A DNA stretch of 64,000 bases, from contig LSRY02000050.1 of NCBI GenBank assembly GCA_001643675.2, forward strand, positions 372,001-436,000. The letters are read 5' to 3'. Positions within the stretch are counted from its first letter, which is position 1, and every line of letters begins with the position of its first letter. Made by a program: the position numbers and the translations under genes. Positions 25,401-39,069 of the stretch are shown one piece after another. The notes below the pieces were generated by a model that was given only the letters and a program-made list of their open reading frames with translations, ran no database searches and had not been told where the DNA came from. Origin of the DNA: Monocercomonoides exilis PA203 (taxonomy: Eukaryota > Protista > Preaxostyla).

Positions 25401-27599
25401 TTAGGAACATAAGGCAATGGAAAAGCTTTTTGGTAAAAAAAAGTTGTTAGCCAACCAAGGGAAGGATATTAATCACAAAAAAATGGCAATAAATCAACGA
25501 AAAAAAGGAGAGCCCCAAAATATCAGTTTTATTTATAAGGCTTTCCTGTTTCTCGGACTGCGCCAGAGAGTTATGGAAGGCTGCGAATTTCTATTTCTGA
25601 TTCCGCTTTTGCTTCAAAAGAGCGGAGAAACGCCAACTACGAGACATCCAATTGTCGAATATTTGCTGGCAGTCGAACAACATTCAGACAAAACGCTTTT
25701 GGATTTCATTCTTCGAAAGGACAGCCATTTTGAGCAAGCAAGGCGATTGTCATTCGAAGTTTGCTTTCTTCGACGCCACAGGCAACTACAGAAAAAATAC
25801 AGAATATTTGTGATCAGCCTCTTCAAGCGCAGACAGTCAGAGATTCTTTTGTTATGCTCCATTTGCGTGGCATCGATGCGGAGTTGATTTGCGGGGACCT
25901 TGTTGCTTCGTATTGGGTGCGCTGAGGTGTTTGCAAACGTTAGACAAGACGGCCATGTTTTCTCAGACGAACGTCGAGGGTGAGCAATTTCTCTGAAGAC
26001 TGTTTAATTTATTTATTTATTTCTGGTTGCAATGCTGTTGGCCTGTGTTTATCTTGTGTTGTAGCTTCTATTAGAAATGGTTTTTAAAAACGGGGAATTC
26101 TTAAGATACTGCTTTCAACCGAATATATTTTCTGGTGCTTATTGAGTTCACTTTGCTGCTCGTGCTCCAACAAGACGAATGAAGCGTCACTGTGTTCTTT
26201 CATTTTCTTGGAGCGTTGCAGTAATTATTGAAGCAGTGGAATTGTTTTATGTGAGGGTGCTTCCAAAGTGCGTGGTAGCTTATGCGATGAGACGGGGAAT
26301 TCAATTGTTTGTCGGCTGGAGACAGCAGCGGTTGCACAAGAAAAGCAAAAGAATGCTTCGATCAGATGCAGGACAAGGGAGACATTTGTTGCAGAAGCAG
26401 AACTGCAGAGGAAGGAAACGAACAAGAACAAAAGAAAAACGAAAGAAAGGACAGAAATGAGAGGAAGACGAAGACAACGACGACGACGACGAAGAAGAAG
26501 ACGAAGAAGAAGAGGAAGAAGAAATAGAAGAGGAGGAGGAAGAGAAAGATAAAGAAGAAGAAAAGATTGTATATGTTGTTGAAATGAAGAAAGAAAAGAA
26601 AGAGAAAGAGAAGAAAGAGCCAACATATTCATCACACTTGAAACAACTCATTCTTCCTCCAAAAGAGACGAAACATTCTTCGAAGAAGTCAATTTCGATA
26701 AAGACAACGATTTCTTTCCTCCAATTGCAAAAACTCAATTTTTAACAAAAATTAAAATGGAAACAATGGAAAACGCACAAAGAAACTCAAAGAAATTTCA
26801 TTTTTAGTCTGCCTCTCTGATATTCCTGCTTTGCTTTCGGAGAAATTCAGAGAAATTTGAAACGTTTCTCTATAGAACATTAATGTTTTAGTGCCTTTTG
26901 GAGACGATCATTATCAAATATCTCATTCTTCTTCTTCTTCTTCTTCTTCTTTTTTTTTTTTTTATTGCTTCTTTGTGTATCTATGTTTGCATGTTTCTTT
27001 CTTTCCTTTTTATTTTTTCTCTTTTCTTTCTTTTCTTTCTTTTTGTTTTTTTAAATTTTATTTTATTTTTATTATATTTATTTTTTTAATGGAAAATCGA
27101 ATTTATCAATCAAATTTCTTAAAAGCATTCAAAAATAAAAAAAAAAAAAAAACAAACAATTAAAGGAAAATTGCAGTTTCTTGACATGCTATTCAATACA
27201 AATAAACAAAAAGCATAAAAAGAAATTGGCTGTCATTGCAACAAATAAATAAAATTTATGGCTTTAATAGAATGAAAACAAGTCTTCTATAATTTCTTCA
27301 GCTGATACAGTTTCACAAAATCCTTGTTCTTTATGCGATTCTCAGGAGCTACAGTAAACAGAGAATATGGTGTCGAGGCGATAAAAGCCGATGATCATTA
27401 ATGATTCGATCTCGTCTTTTTTCTCTTAATTCTTCCAATGAATAATTCTTTGACTTCCTTCTCCATCCGCTGCTTCTTTTCCTTTTGTTTCATCTCTGTA
27501 ACATCAAAATCTTCCTTTTGAAAATGTATTTGATGTTGTTTGCTTCCATCTCCAGCACTTTCAAAGTAATTAATCTCACTTTCACCCGCTGTAACTCTA

Positions 27600-28011
27600 A
27601 CAACTCCAACAAACATCCTCTTGAAACATATTTTCCCAAAACACCAAGTTCAGCTGATTCTGTGCGAGCAATAAAGGAAGAGGAGGAGGAGTTGTATATT
27701 TTGTGTGTTGATAACTTTTCGATTCTGTGAAAGAGCCCTTGTTCACTTTCATGACAAGCATCACTCAGAAAGACAACTCGGTTGTTGGACATGACAGAAC
27801 AGAAGCATTCGGCGATTGGAATGTCAATTTGTTCATATTTCTCGATGGGCATTCAGCTGAAAATGAACATGTGGATGGCCATCTTGGTATCAAAGAAATG
27901 CATTGTTGGCTATCAAAGAATCCCTGCAAGAGCACACGCAACGCGATGGGTCTTCTGAAGAAGGTGCAGATCATTAGGCGGAAATCATTTCATCAGCTGA
28001 CTTGTCGGTGA
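27600..28011 (+). pseudogene. Short decayed fragment of the beta-helix surface protein family
   Basis: NKGRGGGVVYFVC near 27670 and VDGHLGIKEMHCWLSKNPCKS, a variant of VDGENGVDSEECGLSGNTPCKT in the 990-aa protein. Confidence 0.65.
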
Positions 28012-28320
28012 ATTTATGTGCAAATGAAGGCAAAGTCGAAGAAAGTTGTGGAGATGGCACAAACACAAAAAATAAGAAATTGACTCAAAAACACTTTTGA
28101 TGGATTAATCATCACATGTTTGCTGGAAATTCGGATGTTTCATAGAATTTTCCTTTCAAAAATGAATTTTCTCTAAATCGATTTCCTTCATCGTCTCATC
28201 TTTGATTGCTTGTTGAAAGCATTTGGCGTTGTGTGATTTGAAGAAGAACATCATTTCAATCATTTATTCCGTTCAAGAATTGCTTCGATAATATGCTCTT
28301 TTCATCTGATCCTCTTTCAT

Positions 28321-28939
28321 CTTCCAAATGAAAATGGAAAAACAGTCCTCCTTTTTTACTGAGCGCCATCTGAGAGACTATTCTTGGCTAAATATAGAAT
28401 CGTTTCCGTTGACGTATAATTTCTGCTGATATTCCATGAAAGAATAAATATTCCTTTTGTCTTTCTGAACAGAAATGAAAGATATGGTTGGAAGTCGAAT
28501 TCGACGAGAATTTGAATGAAACGAATGTGAAAACATTTGTTGTTTCGAATCGAAGAAGGTGTTGAAGAAGAAGACGATTTTAATGAAATGAAATCAATTC
28601 GTTCAAATTGCCTTTTTTTCATCACGAGAATCGCGAATGAAAAGTGAAATAAATGTGTATTCTGTGCTTGAAAAGCCCAGACGAAGAAAAGCAAACGAAA
28701 AAATTATTTGCTCAATTCTGCAGAGCAGCAGATTGAGATGTGTGAATGCATCAGTTCGATGATGCTTCGATCAAATGTTTAATGAGAAGAATCATCAAAT
28801 AAAAAAACGTTAAAGAAGTTGAAGCAAAAGAAGAAGACAAAGAAGGCGAAGAAGTTGATGATGATGAAGCTTGTGCTGAATGATCAGAATGCAGCACAAT
28901 AACAGCGTTTGCAAACAGAATTCATTCATCAGCAGATAT

Positions 28940-28976
<37 letters not shown>

Positions 28977-30610
28977 GAAGCTGAAAGAGAAATGGAATGA
29001 AATGTGTTGGATGGAGCTCTTCTGGAGGAAGTTGAACGACAAATGTGAACAAGACTCATTTGAAGAAAATGAAGAAATGATGAATGGATTCGAATTTCAT
29101 AACAGCCAACAGCTGCAACAGACAGCAGTTTCATTGTGTGTTGCAACATGAGAATATGATGGCTATTCAAACAACAAAATTCTCAAATAAGACGAAGCTG
29201 CTCTTTTCATCAGCGAAGTTAAAAAATATCTTCAATGAAGAGATCGAAGGAGAAGGAGAAGGAGAAGAAAATGTGTTTTCTTCAAAAACACAACTTTAAA
29301 TGGATTGTTCCTGAAAATGATGCACAACATGAAAAAAAAGCTGTTCTTTGGAATGGAAATAAAAAGACAAATAATAAAAATAATTGGTTTTGCATTGATT
29401 ATAAAAATTCCTCAAAAGAACACATACACCCTCCCTATTGCAAAAGTAGAAGATTGTCCAATCACTGATGCTGCCATTCTCCTTTTCCATTGTTTCTCAG
29501 TGCTTCTTTCTCGGTCTTCCTTTTTTCTCACACAAATATTCTGCTTTTGATGTTATCATCAACTTTTTTTTCTGAAAAAAAAATCACCGAATTTTTTCTT
29601 TCCAAGAGCTGTTCAATTGTTGGCATTCTTCTTTTCGCTCACAACCAAATACTTTGAAATCGAATTAATTTTCTTCACCTGTACAAATTGAATACAAATA
29701 AATATGCAATTCCCATCTGCTGATTGTATCTCGGAATCCAGCACTCTTCTGACGTTCTCCTCAGAAAGACAAAAAAATGGCCATTTTATGTAATTAATCA
29801 GATTCTTGGACTCTGAAAAGATGGTTTATAAAAGCATCTTCAAAACAAACAGGAACAATAAAAAACGCATACATGCAAATATTTCGATTTTTAAAAAAAC
29901 AGTTGAATTTCCTTCAATGATGCTTTTCATAAAAACCATCTCGCACAATTCCATCATCAATTCCCCTCTGTCGCTGTCTCGTGCAACCTCTCAAAATAAT
30001 ATCGCCCATTCCGCAGAAAATATTTGTTCTCCATCTCTCATTTTTTAGCAAGGAATATTTTTGTTCTTTCAAATCTGATGATCTGAATATCCATTACTGC
30101 AAACACAAAAAAAGATTTATCGTTTTTTTCTTTCTTTGTTTGTTTGTAACGCCTTGCCAAATAACACTAACAACGCAGAATGGTATAACAACTTATATTT
30201 TCATGATTATTTTGAGATTTTGTTTTGCGCCGATTTCTTCTTTCCAATGATATCTGAATTCAAATCAAATGACGAATTTAAGTGGTTTTCTGACTGCAAC
30301 ACATTTTCAAAAATGCAGGCAACGAGTGGAACTGAAAGGTTTAATGGTTTGTGCTTGTTATTGCATTTGAATTCATGATTATTGTGATTTAATTTATTCT
30401 TTATTTATTTGAAGAATTGTTTTCTGGATTGGAAGATTGTGATGAAGATGAACAAAGAAAGAAAATCGAAGAAATGAATGAAATTTTTGATGGAATGAAT
30501 AAGGAAGAATTTGAATCTGTTTTCACAACAAGAATGTTCTACAAAATATACAAAATGATTGAAGAAAAGAAACTATCAATAGAAAATGCAATTTTACTGC
30601 TGAAGCATGT
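28321..30610 (+). repeat. Segmental duplication copy 1 (upstream block plus 5' part of A2)
   Basis: Long near-identical stretches shared with 45940-47965, e.g. gaaagatatggttggaagtcgaattcgacgagaatttgaatgaaacgaatg, and an identical-looking intron 1. Confidence 0.92.
29300..30205 (-). pseudogene. Family P decayed partner, divergent from A2
   Basis: Minus-strand intron-like segment GTATGC...TTTCAG at 29872-29813 and similarity to the block upstream of A1; no long ORF. Confidence 0.45.
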
Positions 30611-31730
30611 AGGATATTGCGATGTGCTGAAAAATTTTTGGAATCCATTCGTTGAAAAATCTTTGTTGAACAAAAGATTCGAACAGATGATTATTGAAGA
30701 GGAAAAGATAAAAGAAGAAAAGAACGAAAAGCTGCTTGTTGATCTGTGCGAATGCTATCTTTTGCTGAACGGGTGTGCTTCTTCAGAGTTGATTTCAATT
30801 TGTGTCCCTTGCCTTCTGGAAGCTGCATTGAAAAAAGATGAAAGCGAGGAGACCCGAAAAGAAAAGGAAATTGCTTTATTAGCATTAAGTCACATTGACA
30901 GGTATTTCGTATGAACATTGCTATTTCCTTTTTGATATTATTGCTATTTTCTGATTTCTAATTAGTTTTTTAGGCAAGAACTATATTTGAATGAAATCAA
31001 AGAGAATATCTTATACCATCAGGAGCATCACAATCTCACACAGCTTGCCTATCAGTCTGCTTGGGAATTTTTAATGAACCGATTTTACTTTGAAAATAGC
31101 TTGAAAGTTATTGTGAATGAGCTGCATTTTGGAAGAGAAGCAGCAAGAGAACTGGAAGAGCTAACAAGAAATATGGATTGGAAGAAGAAAGAAGGAGAGG
31201 AAATGAACAAAGAAGAAGCGAAAGAAGAATTTGCATTGATCAGATGGCTGAAAACATGTGAAATGTATTTTCTCAATTGTCGATTGTGGAATGAAGAAAA
31301 TCCAGGGCTAATCAATAGCATAGTTCATTTATATCGAGCAGCAAAAGGGAATAATGGAGTAATTTGCAATCTCTGCATTTATTCCTTGAGAAATGCAGCA
31401 GAAAAGAGAGTTGTGAGAGTTGAAGACTTGTTGAAAGGAGGTGCTATTGATGTTTTTTTGGAGGAGATGCAGCGACCGAAATTGAATGACAACATAGCGT
31501 ATGAATGCTTTCAATTCTTTATGAATGTTTCAAGTCGATTGAAAGAAAAGGAGGATGATGAAAAGGAAGAAGAGGAAAGAAAGGCAACGAAAATGGAGAC
31601 ATTTGAAAAGCTGGAGGAAGAAGGATACGAAGATACCATCACCAGCTTTTATGGAATATTTGAGTTACTCAAAAACAAATATTATGGTGATTTATCTTTG
31701 AGTATTTCTGATTATCTTGTGAATATTTGA
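30313..31730 (+). CDS. Family A gene copy A2, intact, ~430 aa, alpha-helical, unknown function
   Basis: Exons 30313-30346, 30415-30908, 30966-31730; introns GTTTGT..GAAG (68 nt) and GTATGA..TAATTAG (57 nt) give a continuous frame MQATSGTERFNELFSGLED...SDYLVNI*. Alternative in-frame ATG at 30247. Confidence 0.88.
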
Positions 31731-32646
31731 GGAAATGAGATACTTGGAGTTTCATGATTCACAATTTCACTTTCTCTTTTTTTATTCATTTCAAAAAACG
31801 ATACAAAAATTAATTTTCATATGTTTGCTTAACGTGATTTGTTATCCAGATTCATCAAAATGAAGCGAAGAAATAACAACAAAAAAAAAAAAGATTCAAT
31901 TTTTTATTTTCAAAAGAAAATTATTAAAATATTAAAAATCATGAATTTCTCCATTTTCTTCTTTCTTTCACCAAAGTTCTTCCCAAAATGAGTTGACAAT
32001 CATTTTTTATTTCAAATTCTTCACTCATTCTTTTGATTGTTTTGAGAAAAACAACCTCTTTTCAGCTCATTCGCAAAAAGAAAATTGTGTTTTCTCAATG
32101 CTTCCTTTGCTTTCAGGGAATATCAGAAACCCTCAGAGGATGTTGAAAAGACAACAAAAACAGCAAACAACGATGTTGATGCTGCTTCAAGTGAAGAGAA
32201 ACATTCAATCCAAACGCTTTTCTCTGCCTGTTTATCATTCTTCATCATTTCCATCTCCAAAAGTTAAAACTATCCGTTTGCAGCATCTGAAGGCAATTAA
32301 TATATTTTATTTGAAAATCGGAGAAGAGGAAGAAATTCTGATGGGAGTTTTGATGCATCTCTTGAAGATTGAAGGTTGAAGATTGAGAGAAAAAGAGAAA
32401 GAGAGAAGAATTAAAATAAAAATCAAAATCGAATTGTTCATTTGAGTTGATGGGCTTTTTGTGAAGAATTTTAAATAAGAAATGCTTCTTGAATTGGAAA
32501 TAGAAAAAGAAAAAGAAGAAAACAAAAATGATGGAAATAAAGTTGAGAATTCTGAAAAAGAAGATAAAGATGAAAACGAAGACTAAGAAGAGGAAGAGAA
32601 GAGGGCAACGTTGAGGGAGATGAAGAAGAAAGAGGAGAAGAAAGAG

Positions 32647-32704
32647 GAAGAAGAAGAAGAAGAAGAAGAAGAAGAAGAAGAAGAAGAAGAAGAAGAAGAA
32701 GAAG
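32647..32704. repeat. (GAA)n microsatellite
   Basis: About 19 GAA units. Confidence 0.95.
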
Positions 32705-32989
32705 GAATAAGAATAATTTGCCAATATAAATGATAGAAATATTTTAAGTTATTCATTCTATTGCAAGTTACAAACAGGCAGGTCCATGGAAATGCTGCGG
32801 AAGAGTGGATGGAGGAAGACCTTTCAATTTTTGAGATGACAGAAACAACGTCTTTCTCAGAATTCTGGCAAAATGAACCGATTTAAAAGATTTTGGATAC
32901 ATTTTCACTCTTTTCTTTCGGAATATTCGCTTTGAAGAAAGGAAAATCTAAATTATTCTCGAACTTTGACAGACGCTCTTCTTCCACTT

Positions 32990-35100
32990 CCTCTATTCAT
33001 TCTTCTTTCTTCTTCTTTCTTCTTCTTTCTTCAACTGGAACAGCGTGCATGTCTGTTTCGCCATTCCGGAGACGGAAAAGCGAAGAGAAGAAATCTTCAG
33101 AGAATGAAAAGCCATCATCAGCGCCTGCGATTGACCTTTCGGATGCGTCTGCGGTGACTGCGTCATACTCATAGGTTGCAGATATGGAAGAGATCGAGAG
33201 GCAGCTGAAGAAAATGCAAACACAAGAAGCTGTTTCTGAGAGCGCTGCAGACGCTTCGAGGGATATGGCGCGATGCAGCTGGCTGTTCTGCATGGGGATG
33301 TTGTGTGTGTACCTACGATGAGGAACGTTCTGTGATGCTTTCGGTTCTGCTGTTGGAGCCGTTCCCCCCGTTTGCAGCGTCTGTGGGAACGAAGCCAGAG
33401 GGAAAGCAGAATTTTGTGTCGGCTGTTTGAATGCGTTCATGTCGATCAACGATCTGTTTGACCCTTCACTGAAGATATGGCGATCACCACAATCGAGGTG
33501 TGTGGTTGTGAAGCTGGACGATGAAGTGATAAGGCGAGGGGTTGCGGTGTGTGAAGTGGGGGAAATTGTGGAGAAGAAGGCTGTCTGTGGCTGGGCTGAG
33601 GATGGAGGATGTTGTTCTGTCTCCAGCAGCGATTGCTCTGGAAGCGCTGGAGGAGCGAGAAAAGGCAGAGGAAGGAGAAAGGGGAGGCAAAGAGGGAGAA
33701 GAAAAGGGAGGGGGAGAGAGAGGTGATGGGAATGAGGAGAAAGGCAGTTATCTGACAGCGCACAGAGAGTTTGTGGAGAAAATCAAAGAGAACCAGGGGA
33801 AGCTGGAAGAAGCGATGGCGCCTCTGATTGTGGAGGGTCTTGGGCTGAGTGGGCTGAGGTTTGTGAAGGCGGATGCGGAGGCAGACAAGCAGCATTCAGT
33901 TGAATCAGAGGTGCTCAGCACTTCGTCAGTCGACTGCATCCAACAGGAGATATTAAGAGCAGAAGAAGAAGCAGCAGATGAGTATTTGATTTTTTCTACA
34001 ACGAAAAGTTTTATTGAAATGATGAGATTTGTGAAGCTGTTGTAAAAATGAGCGAATGATTTGTCAATAATTGAGGAAAAAGATAAATCCCATGAAGTTG
34101 GTGGGGAAAAGCCCTTTGATTTATGAGGAGTGATAAGAAGAGGAGAAAGAGGAGGAATAGGGAGGAATAATTGAGTTCACATAGAAGAACGGAGTGAAGA
34201 GGTTGTTCTATCTGGTCGATGGCCGAAGAGAAGTGCTCTTATCCAACAAGGCAATCAGCAAATGATGCGTGTGCGCATTGCAGACGGGCAGACTTTGGAT
34301 GTGCCGGGCGAGCTGTTCATCCCGATGACTATAAGCTGTGCTGAAATGTGGGAAAAAAAGGCGGAGATACAGCTGAGGAACAAAGCCGAAGAGGAATCAG
34401 GCTTTGGAGCCGAGCTAGATCCTCATGTAGCATGGGACAGAGAGTGAAGCAGTGATGAAGCAGGTTATTGTGGAAAACTTGGTGGTTATGTTTTTCACAC
34501 TTTATGAGAGGTTCGAGTGCAAAGCAGAGGAGAACGAGTTTGTGCGTGGTATCTTTTCCAGTCAGGATGAGTTGATCCACCTTGCGAATGAGCACATTGT
34601 GATAAAGCCGCAGCGACTTTGCTGTGGAGTGACAGCGTCGTTTGATATTGCATACGGATGATTCAGTGAAGGTGAAGTTCACAACGGAGAAAAGAATTGA
34701 AGCTGCACGGCAGTTCAGAGAAGGAATAGAAGAAGGTTATGCGAAGGAGATTCTTAGCAATTGTTCAGCGATGCTTTCAGGGCATGCGTTTGAGGTTGTG
34801 CCTGATGGATAGTCTAATGCGACTATGCAGCTGATATAACTATGTGAGTGAATGGAGGCATAGGTGCAGAAGGAGGGGAGGCGGGTTTATTCAACACGTC
34901 AGACAAGAGGCTCGAGACAGAAGAGGAGTTTATTTAGAGAAGACAGTCGAATGCTGTGCAGGTGATAGGCGAATACAGCTGTGATGCTTCGTACTCCATT
35001 TCTAACAGACCACGCTTTCTCAGCGGTTGTTCCTACGGATGCTTCTATGGAATTGAAGATGAAAGCAGAGGATCTTTGTTTCTAATTCTTCTTCTTCTTT
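32990..35100 (+). pseudogene. Family B unknown-protein pseudogene
   Basis: WRSPQSRCVVVKLDDEV, GLRMEDVVLSPAAI, KIKENQGKLEEAMAPLIV and LSGRWPKRSALIQQGNQ, shared with the 15-16.5 kb and 53-55 kb copies; stops and frameshifts. Confidence 0.8.
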
Positions 35101-35507
35101 TTTTTTTTTCTTTTTTTTTCTGCTGCTGCTGCTTCCACGGCATGTTCCATTTTTTGCAGAAATGAGTAGGAGACAACACAAGTTGCGAAGTTCCAGCTAG
35201 TGGAGCTAACGACGGAAAGTCGAAAGAATAAATTTCAACGCTTGGCGTTTTTTCTATATGCTCTGAGTGAGCAACGACGTTTCTTCCTGGTTTATACGCT
35301 GTATCTGTTTGGGTGTAAAGGAGATGAGGCAGATTGGGATTTACGAAAGTATACGACGGATGTTCATTTTGAGTCCGAACATGTGATTAAGCGAGCTAAT
35401 TATTTTGTGGCAGCGGCGTTTGCAGAAAGGCTAACAGATATTTGTGTGTGACAGGCTAGTGTGGAGATAATGATTGAGATGATCTGAAAAAAGTGAAATT
35501 CTTCTTT

Positions 35508-36330
35508 TTAGAACATGGTCGCAATAACAGTGCCACTTGTGAGTGTGAAGGAGGAAGTTGTTGAAAAGAAAGAAGGAGAAGGAGAAGGAGAAGGAGAAGG
35601 AGAAAGAGAAGGAGAAGATAGATGAGAAGAAGAGGAAGAAGAAAAAGAAGATGAAAGAAAGAAGATGAGCTTTAATAGAATCATTTCAAAGTCTGCTGTT
35701 ATCATTGCAGAGCTAAATGATGAGCTGGCATCGGAGACTGTCCAGCCACTTTGATCATCATTTCCTCGGATTTCATGTTTCTGGTTGGCAAATACAATTT
35801 CATCGCTCATTTGAATCATTCCACTCACAATAACTTTCTTTGTTTCTGTCAACCGTGTGAGGGAGTGCTTCAAGGTCAAGCAAGGGAATTGAACGATTCC
35901 ACAGTGTGAATGATCGGATGCCTCAGAATTGCTCACATACACTTCTTCTGGGGTGGGAAGGAGATAGATGCACAGAGGGATAGCCAAAGTTGCATTTCCG
36001 TTGTCGAATCCTCGAACTTTGTCAAAAGAATCCAAAGAGGCTGTTACACATGTGATTTTTTGTGACTTTGCAGTCACTTCAAGATTCGGAGAAATGGCAA
36101 AGATATCTCTTCCCCACTTGGCTGCGTTTGTTCTAAAGGAAGAAGAAATCAGGAAATTAGGATTCTCATTCAATAATCGAAGAAGAATTCCTCCGCCAAA
36201 ACCATTGGAAGTTGAGCAATAGCACCCATCAAAAGATCCACCTTTCACTTTCACTTCATTTCCATTCCCAACACACAGCATCATCGATCCCCCATCAGCC
36301 GATGTTCTGCTTCCACATACTGTAAATGAA
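35508..36330 (-). pseudogene. Internal fragment of the beta-helix surface protein family
   Basis: DGGSMML, GFGGGILL, NAAKWGRDIF and HCGIVQFPCLT motifs; ends in a GGAGAA-type tract and starts abruptly beside a very AT-rich block. Confidence 0.8.
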
Positions 36331-39069
36331 CAAGAATTAAGATCTTTATCTTATATGCCATTTAAAAAACAAATGTTGGCTGTCAACTGTGAACTTTTCA
36401 ATTAAAAAAAATTTGATAGCATAATAAATTATAAATAAAATATTTTTGTCAAAATTAAATGGAAACCACTTTATTTATTTAATTTTCAGATGCATCGAAT
36501 GTGTGTGTTCAATTTTCGCACTTCTGTTAAGTTCATGTACATAATGCAAATGAAAAATACTAAACAAATGAAAATTTTAATTAACATTGAAAATCATGTT
36601 TGTCAGGATAAAGAATCGATACACACCTTGGACATTTCATTTATAAATAATTGCAATGATGTTCAATAAAGTGAAACCATTTTTCATTGAAAAACAAATA
36701 TTTTAATTTTGATCAGAAAATATGATACATAATTTTTTGCATTAAGAGTTTTCTTTTCAAAATGGAATTTGCTATGAACCTACGAACGCTATGGTTAAAG
36801 TTTCCATTTATCATATGAATTATGGAAACAGAATGTTAATCAATTAACCACAATGGGTCAAATTATTGATCTGAAGTCACTTATCAAAAAAAATTTGACA
36901 ATTAAAGTATCATATTGAAAATGATAAGGCGCGATTTTCTTTGTTGCAAAATTTGTTTGAAAGCTTGAAGAACATGGTGATTTTAAATAATTAACGATAA
37001 AAGAATTATTCAACATAAAACATTGATGATTGTATACACTTTCGCTTCCTTTCTTTCCACATATCCCTCAATCAACTCTTTTCCTGACCGTTGATATATA
37101 ACTAATATTTATGTCCAACTTTTAAACGATACATCTTTTTTGTCTGAAGTGCACTTCATCCAAACATTGTCAATATTCTTTATAAAGAGAACAAATCCTC
37201 CATTTTCACAAGTTTCATTGAAATGTTAAAAAAATGTTTAGAAATAAGTTTTAAAATTTAAATGTTTTGATAAAATAATATAATTTTTAACGTTTTGATT
37301 ATTTATTGATTTAAAACAATTTTAAATTTAAAAATTTAAAGCTTTTCATTCTTTTCTCTTCATTTTTATCACAAATCATCAATAATTAATTAAACATTAA
37401 TAACATAAAAAAATTGTTCATAAAAATTCATTCCTTTCCTATGAGAAAAATAAAAAATCTTCATTTATCAAATAATATAAAATAAAAAACATTTAATATC
37501 AATTTTTCAAAAAATGAAATCATAATAATTTAAAAAATGCAAAGTTTTCTCATAATTATTTGAAAATCTAGATATATAAATGCTAATCAAAGTGATTTAT
37601 TGAATGGATGTTTTTTAACTTTTTTGAAACAAAATGATTTTGTAATTAAATATTAATTGGATTTATTGAATGCGAATATATTTGAGATTTACGTTGAATT
37701 TGAAATTATTTTTTATGTTTAATATAATTTGACATTTGTTGATAATTGACATGAAAAATTTTTGTTAATGCAATTTTATAACAAATATAAATGAAAAATG
37801 AGATTTTAAGTACACATTTATTAACTCAATTTATTTTTTTGTAATATTTCTTGAATTAAACTGAAGATTTATTTATTTGAAGTTTAAATTTTAGAAAAAT
37901 ATTTTTCAATAAATCATACCATTTATAAATCATTTTTTCAAAATTATTATAAAGTTAAATTTGTTTTTAGTTAATCATTTCTGTATTAATTAACTAACGT
38001 TTATATTGATAGAATTATATTTAGAAACATAAAGTATATTTTGTTTCAAATCATTCTCATTTTATTATTTATCTTATTTTTTTAACAATAATTTTTTGTA
38101 TTTTTATTGACTTTTTTAACAATTTTCAAGATTGAAATTGGGTTGAAATATTAGGGAATAAAATCAGTTAAGCTAAATTTTGATTCTTTGTTTAATGTTA
38201 TCAAAAAAATTTTGAAAAAGGTTTTTCATGAATTTCTGCAAAATGCAAGAATGCAAATCACAAAATAGAAAATGAAGAAAATTTGGTGGTAACTAATTTC
38301 AACAAAAAAATAAAAAAAAAGAATTGAACTGAAAATTGTTAACTGATTGAAACAAAGCCAAACATGATTGTTGAGCAGATGATGAAGATAAAGGAGGAAG
38401 AAGAAGAAGAATGGACAGAAGAAAGAGGACGAAAGAACGCACACTTTTCTGCTGAATGAGTCATTTTAAAGATGTCTGAAATCATTCTTTGATGAAGAAT
38501 TGCCTTGAATGAAAACCAATTTGATTTGGACAATGGAAGGGAGGGTTAAAATAATGCCAAAAGAAAAGAAGAGAAAAGAGAAAGAGGATAAATATCACAT
38601 CGTCTTCCACTTTATTGTTGGTGAGTGTGAGAGGACTGAATTGAATGAGTGAAAAAAATTCAAGAAACACTTTTCCAACAAGCAATCAAGAAAATTAAAA
38701 AAAGCAGTCAAAATCCCTTGTTGATGAAGCAGAAGGTCAAATATTCCACTTCATCAATGAAGTTTTGGTTAATTGCAAAATAGATTATGTTTTCAAATTT
38801 TCTTGTAGAAACTGTGATTTGTAGAATTTTCAACATTCAAAATTCTTATGGAAGAAACTTGTTGAGTGTTTCCAAATCAGAAACTGTTCATCATTCATAA
38901 TTCAATTTCATTCTTCTTCTTCTTCTTCTTTTTGATCTTTTCATTTCTTTGTCTCGTTTCGAAGTTATGGAAAAACTGTTGATACAAAAAACTCATTTTT
39001 TTTCTTTTTGTGAAATGATGAAAAAAGAGAAAATTGAAAATTAAGAGTTATAAAATGCAATCTATTTCC

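Noticed and set aside
27765-27974. Minus-strand ORF resembling the DIRS 'PP..LI.RVL...LI.P.WP' motif
   Set aside because: The plus strand carries clearer beta-helix family motifs, and no RT, RNase H or tyrosine recombinase is visible nearby.
33260-33430. Cys-rich zinc-finger-like translation in family B
   Set aside because: The other two copies conserve a different frame (AVLHGGVVCAHDV..SAMLSV), so the Cys pattern is off-frame.
36350-38220. Extremely AT-rich block as a possible mobile element or centromeric/origin DNA
   Set aside because: No TIR, tandem periodicity or recognisable coding motif found.
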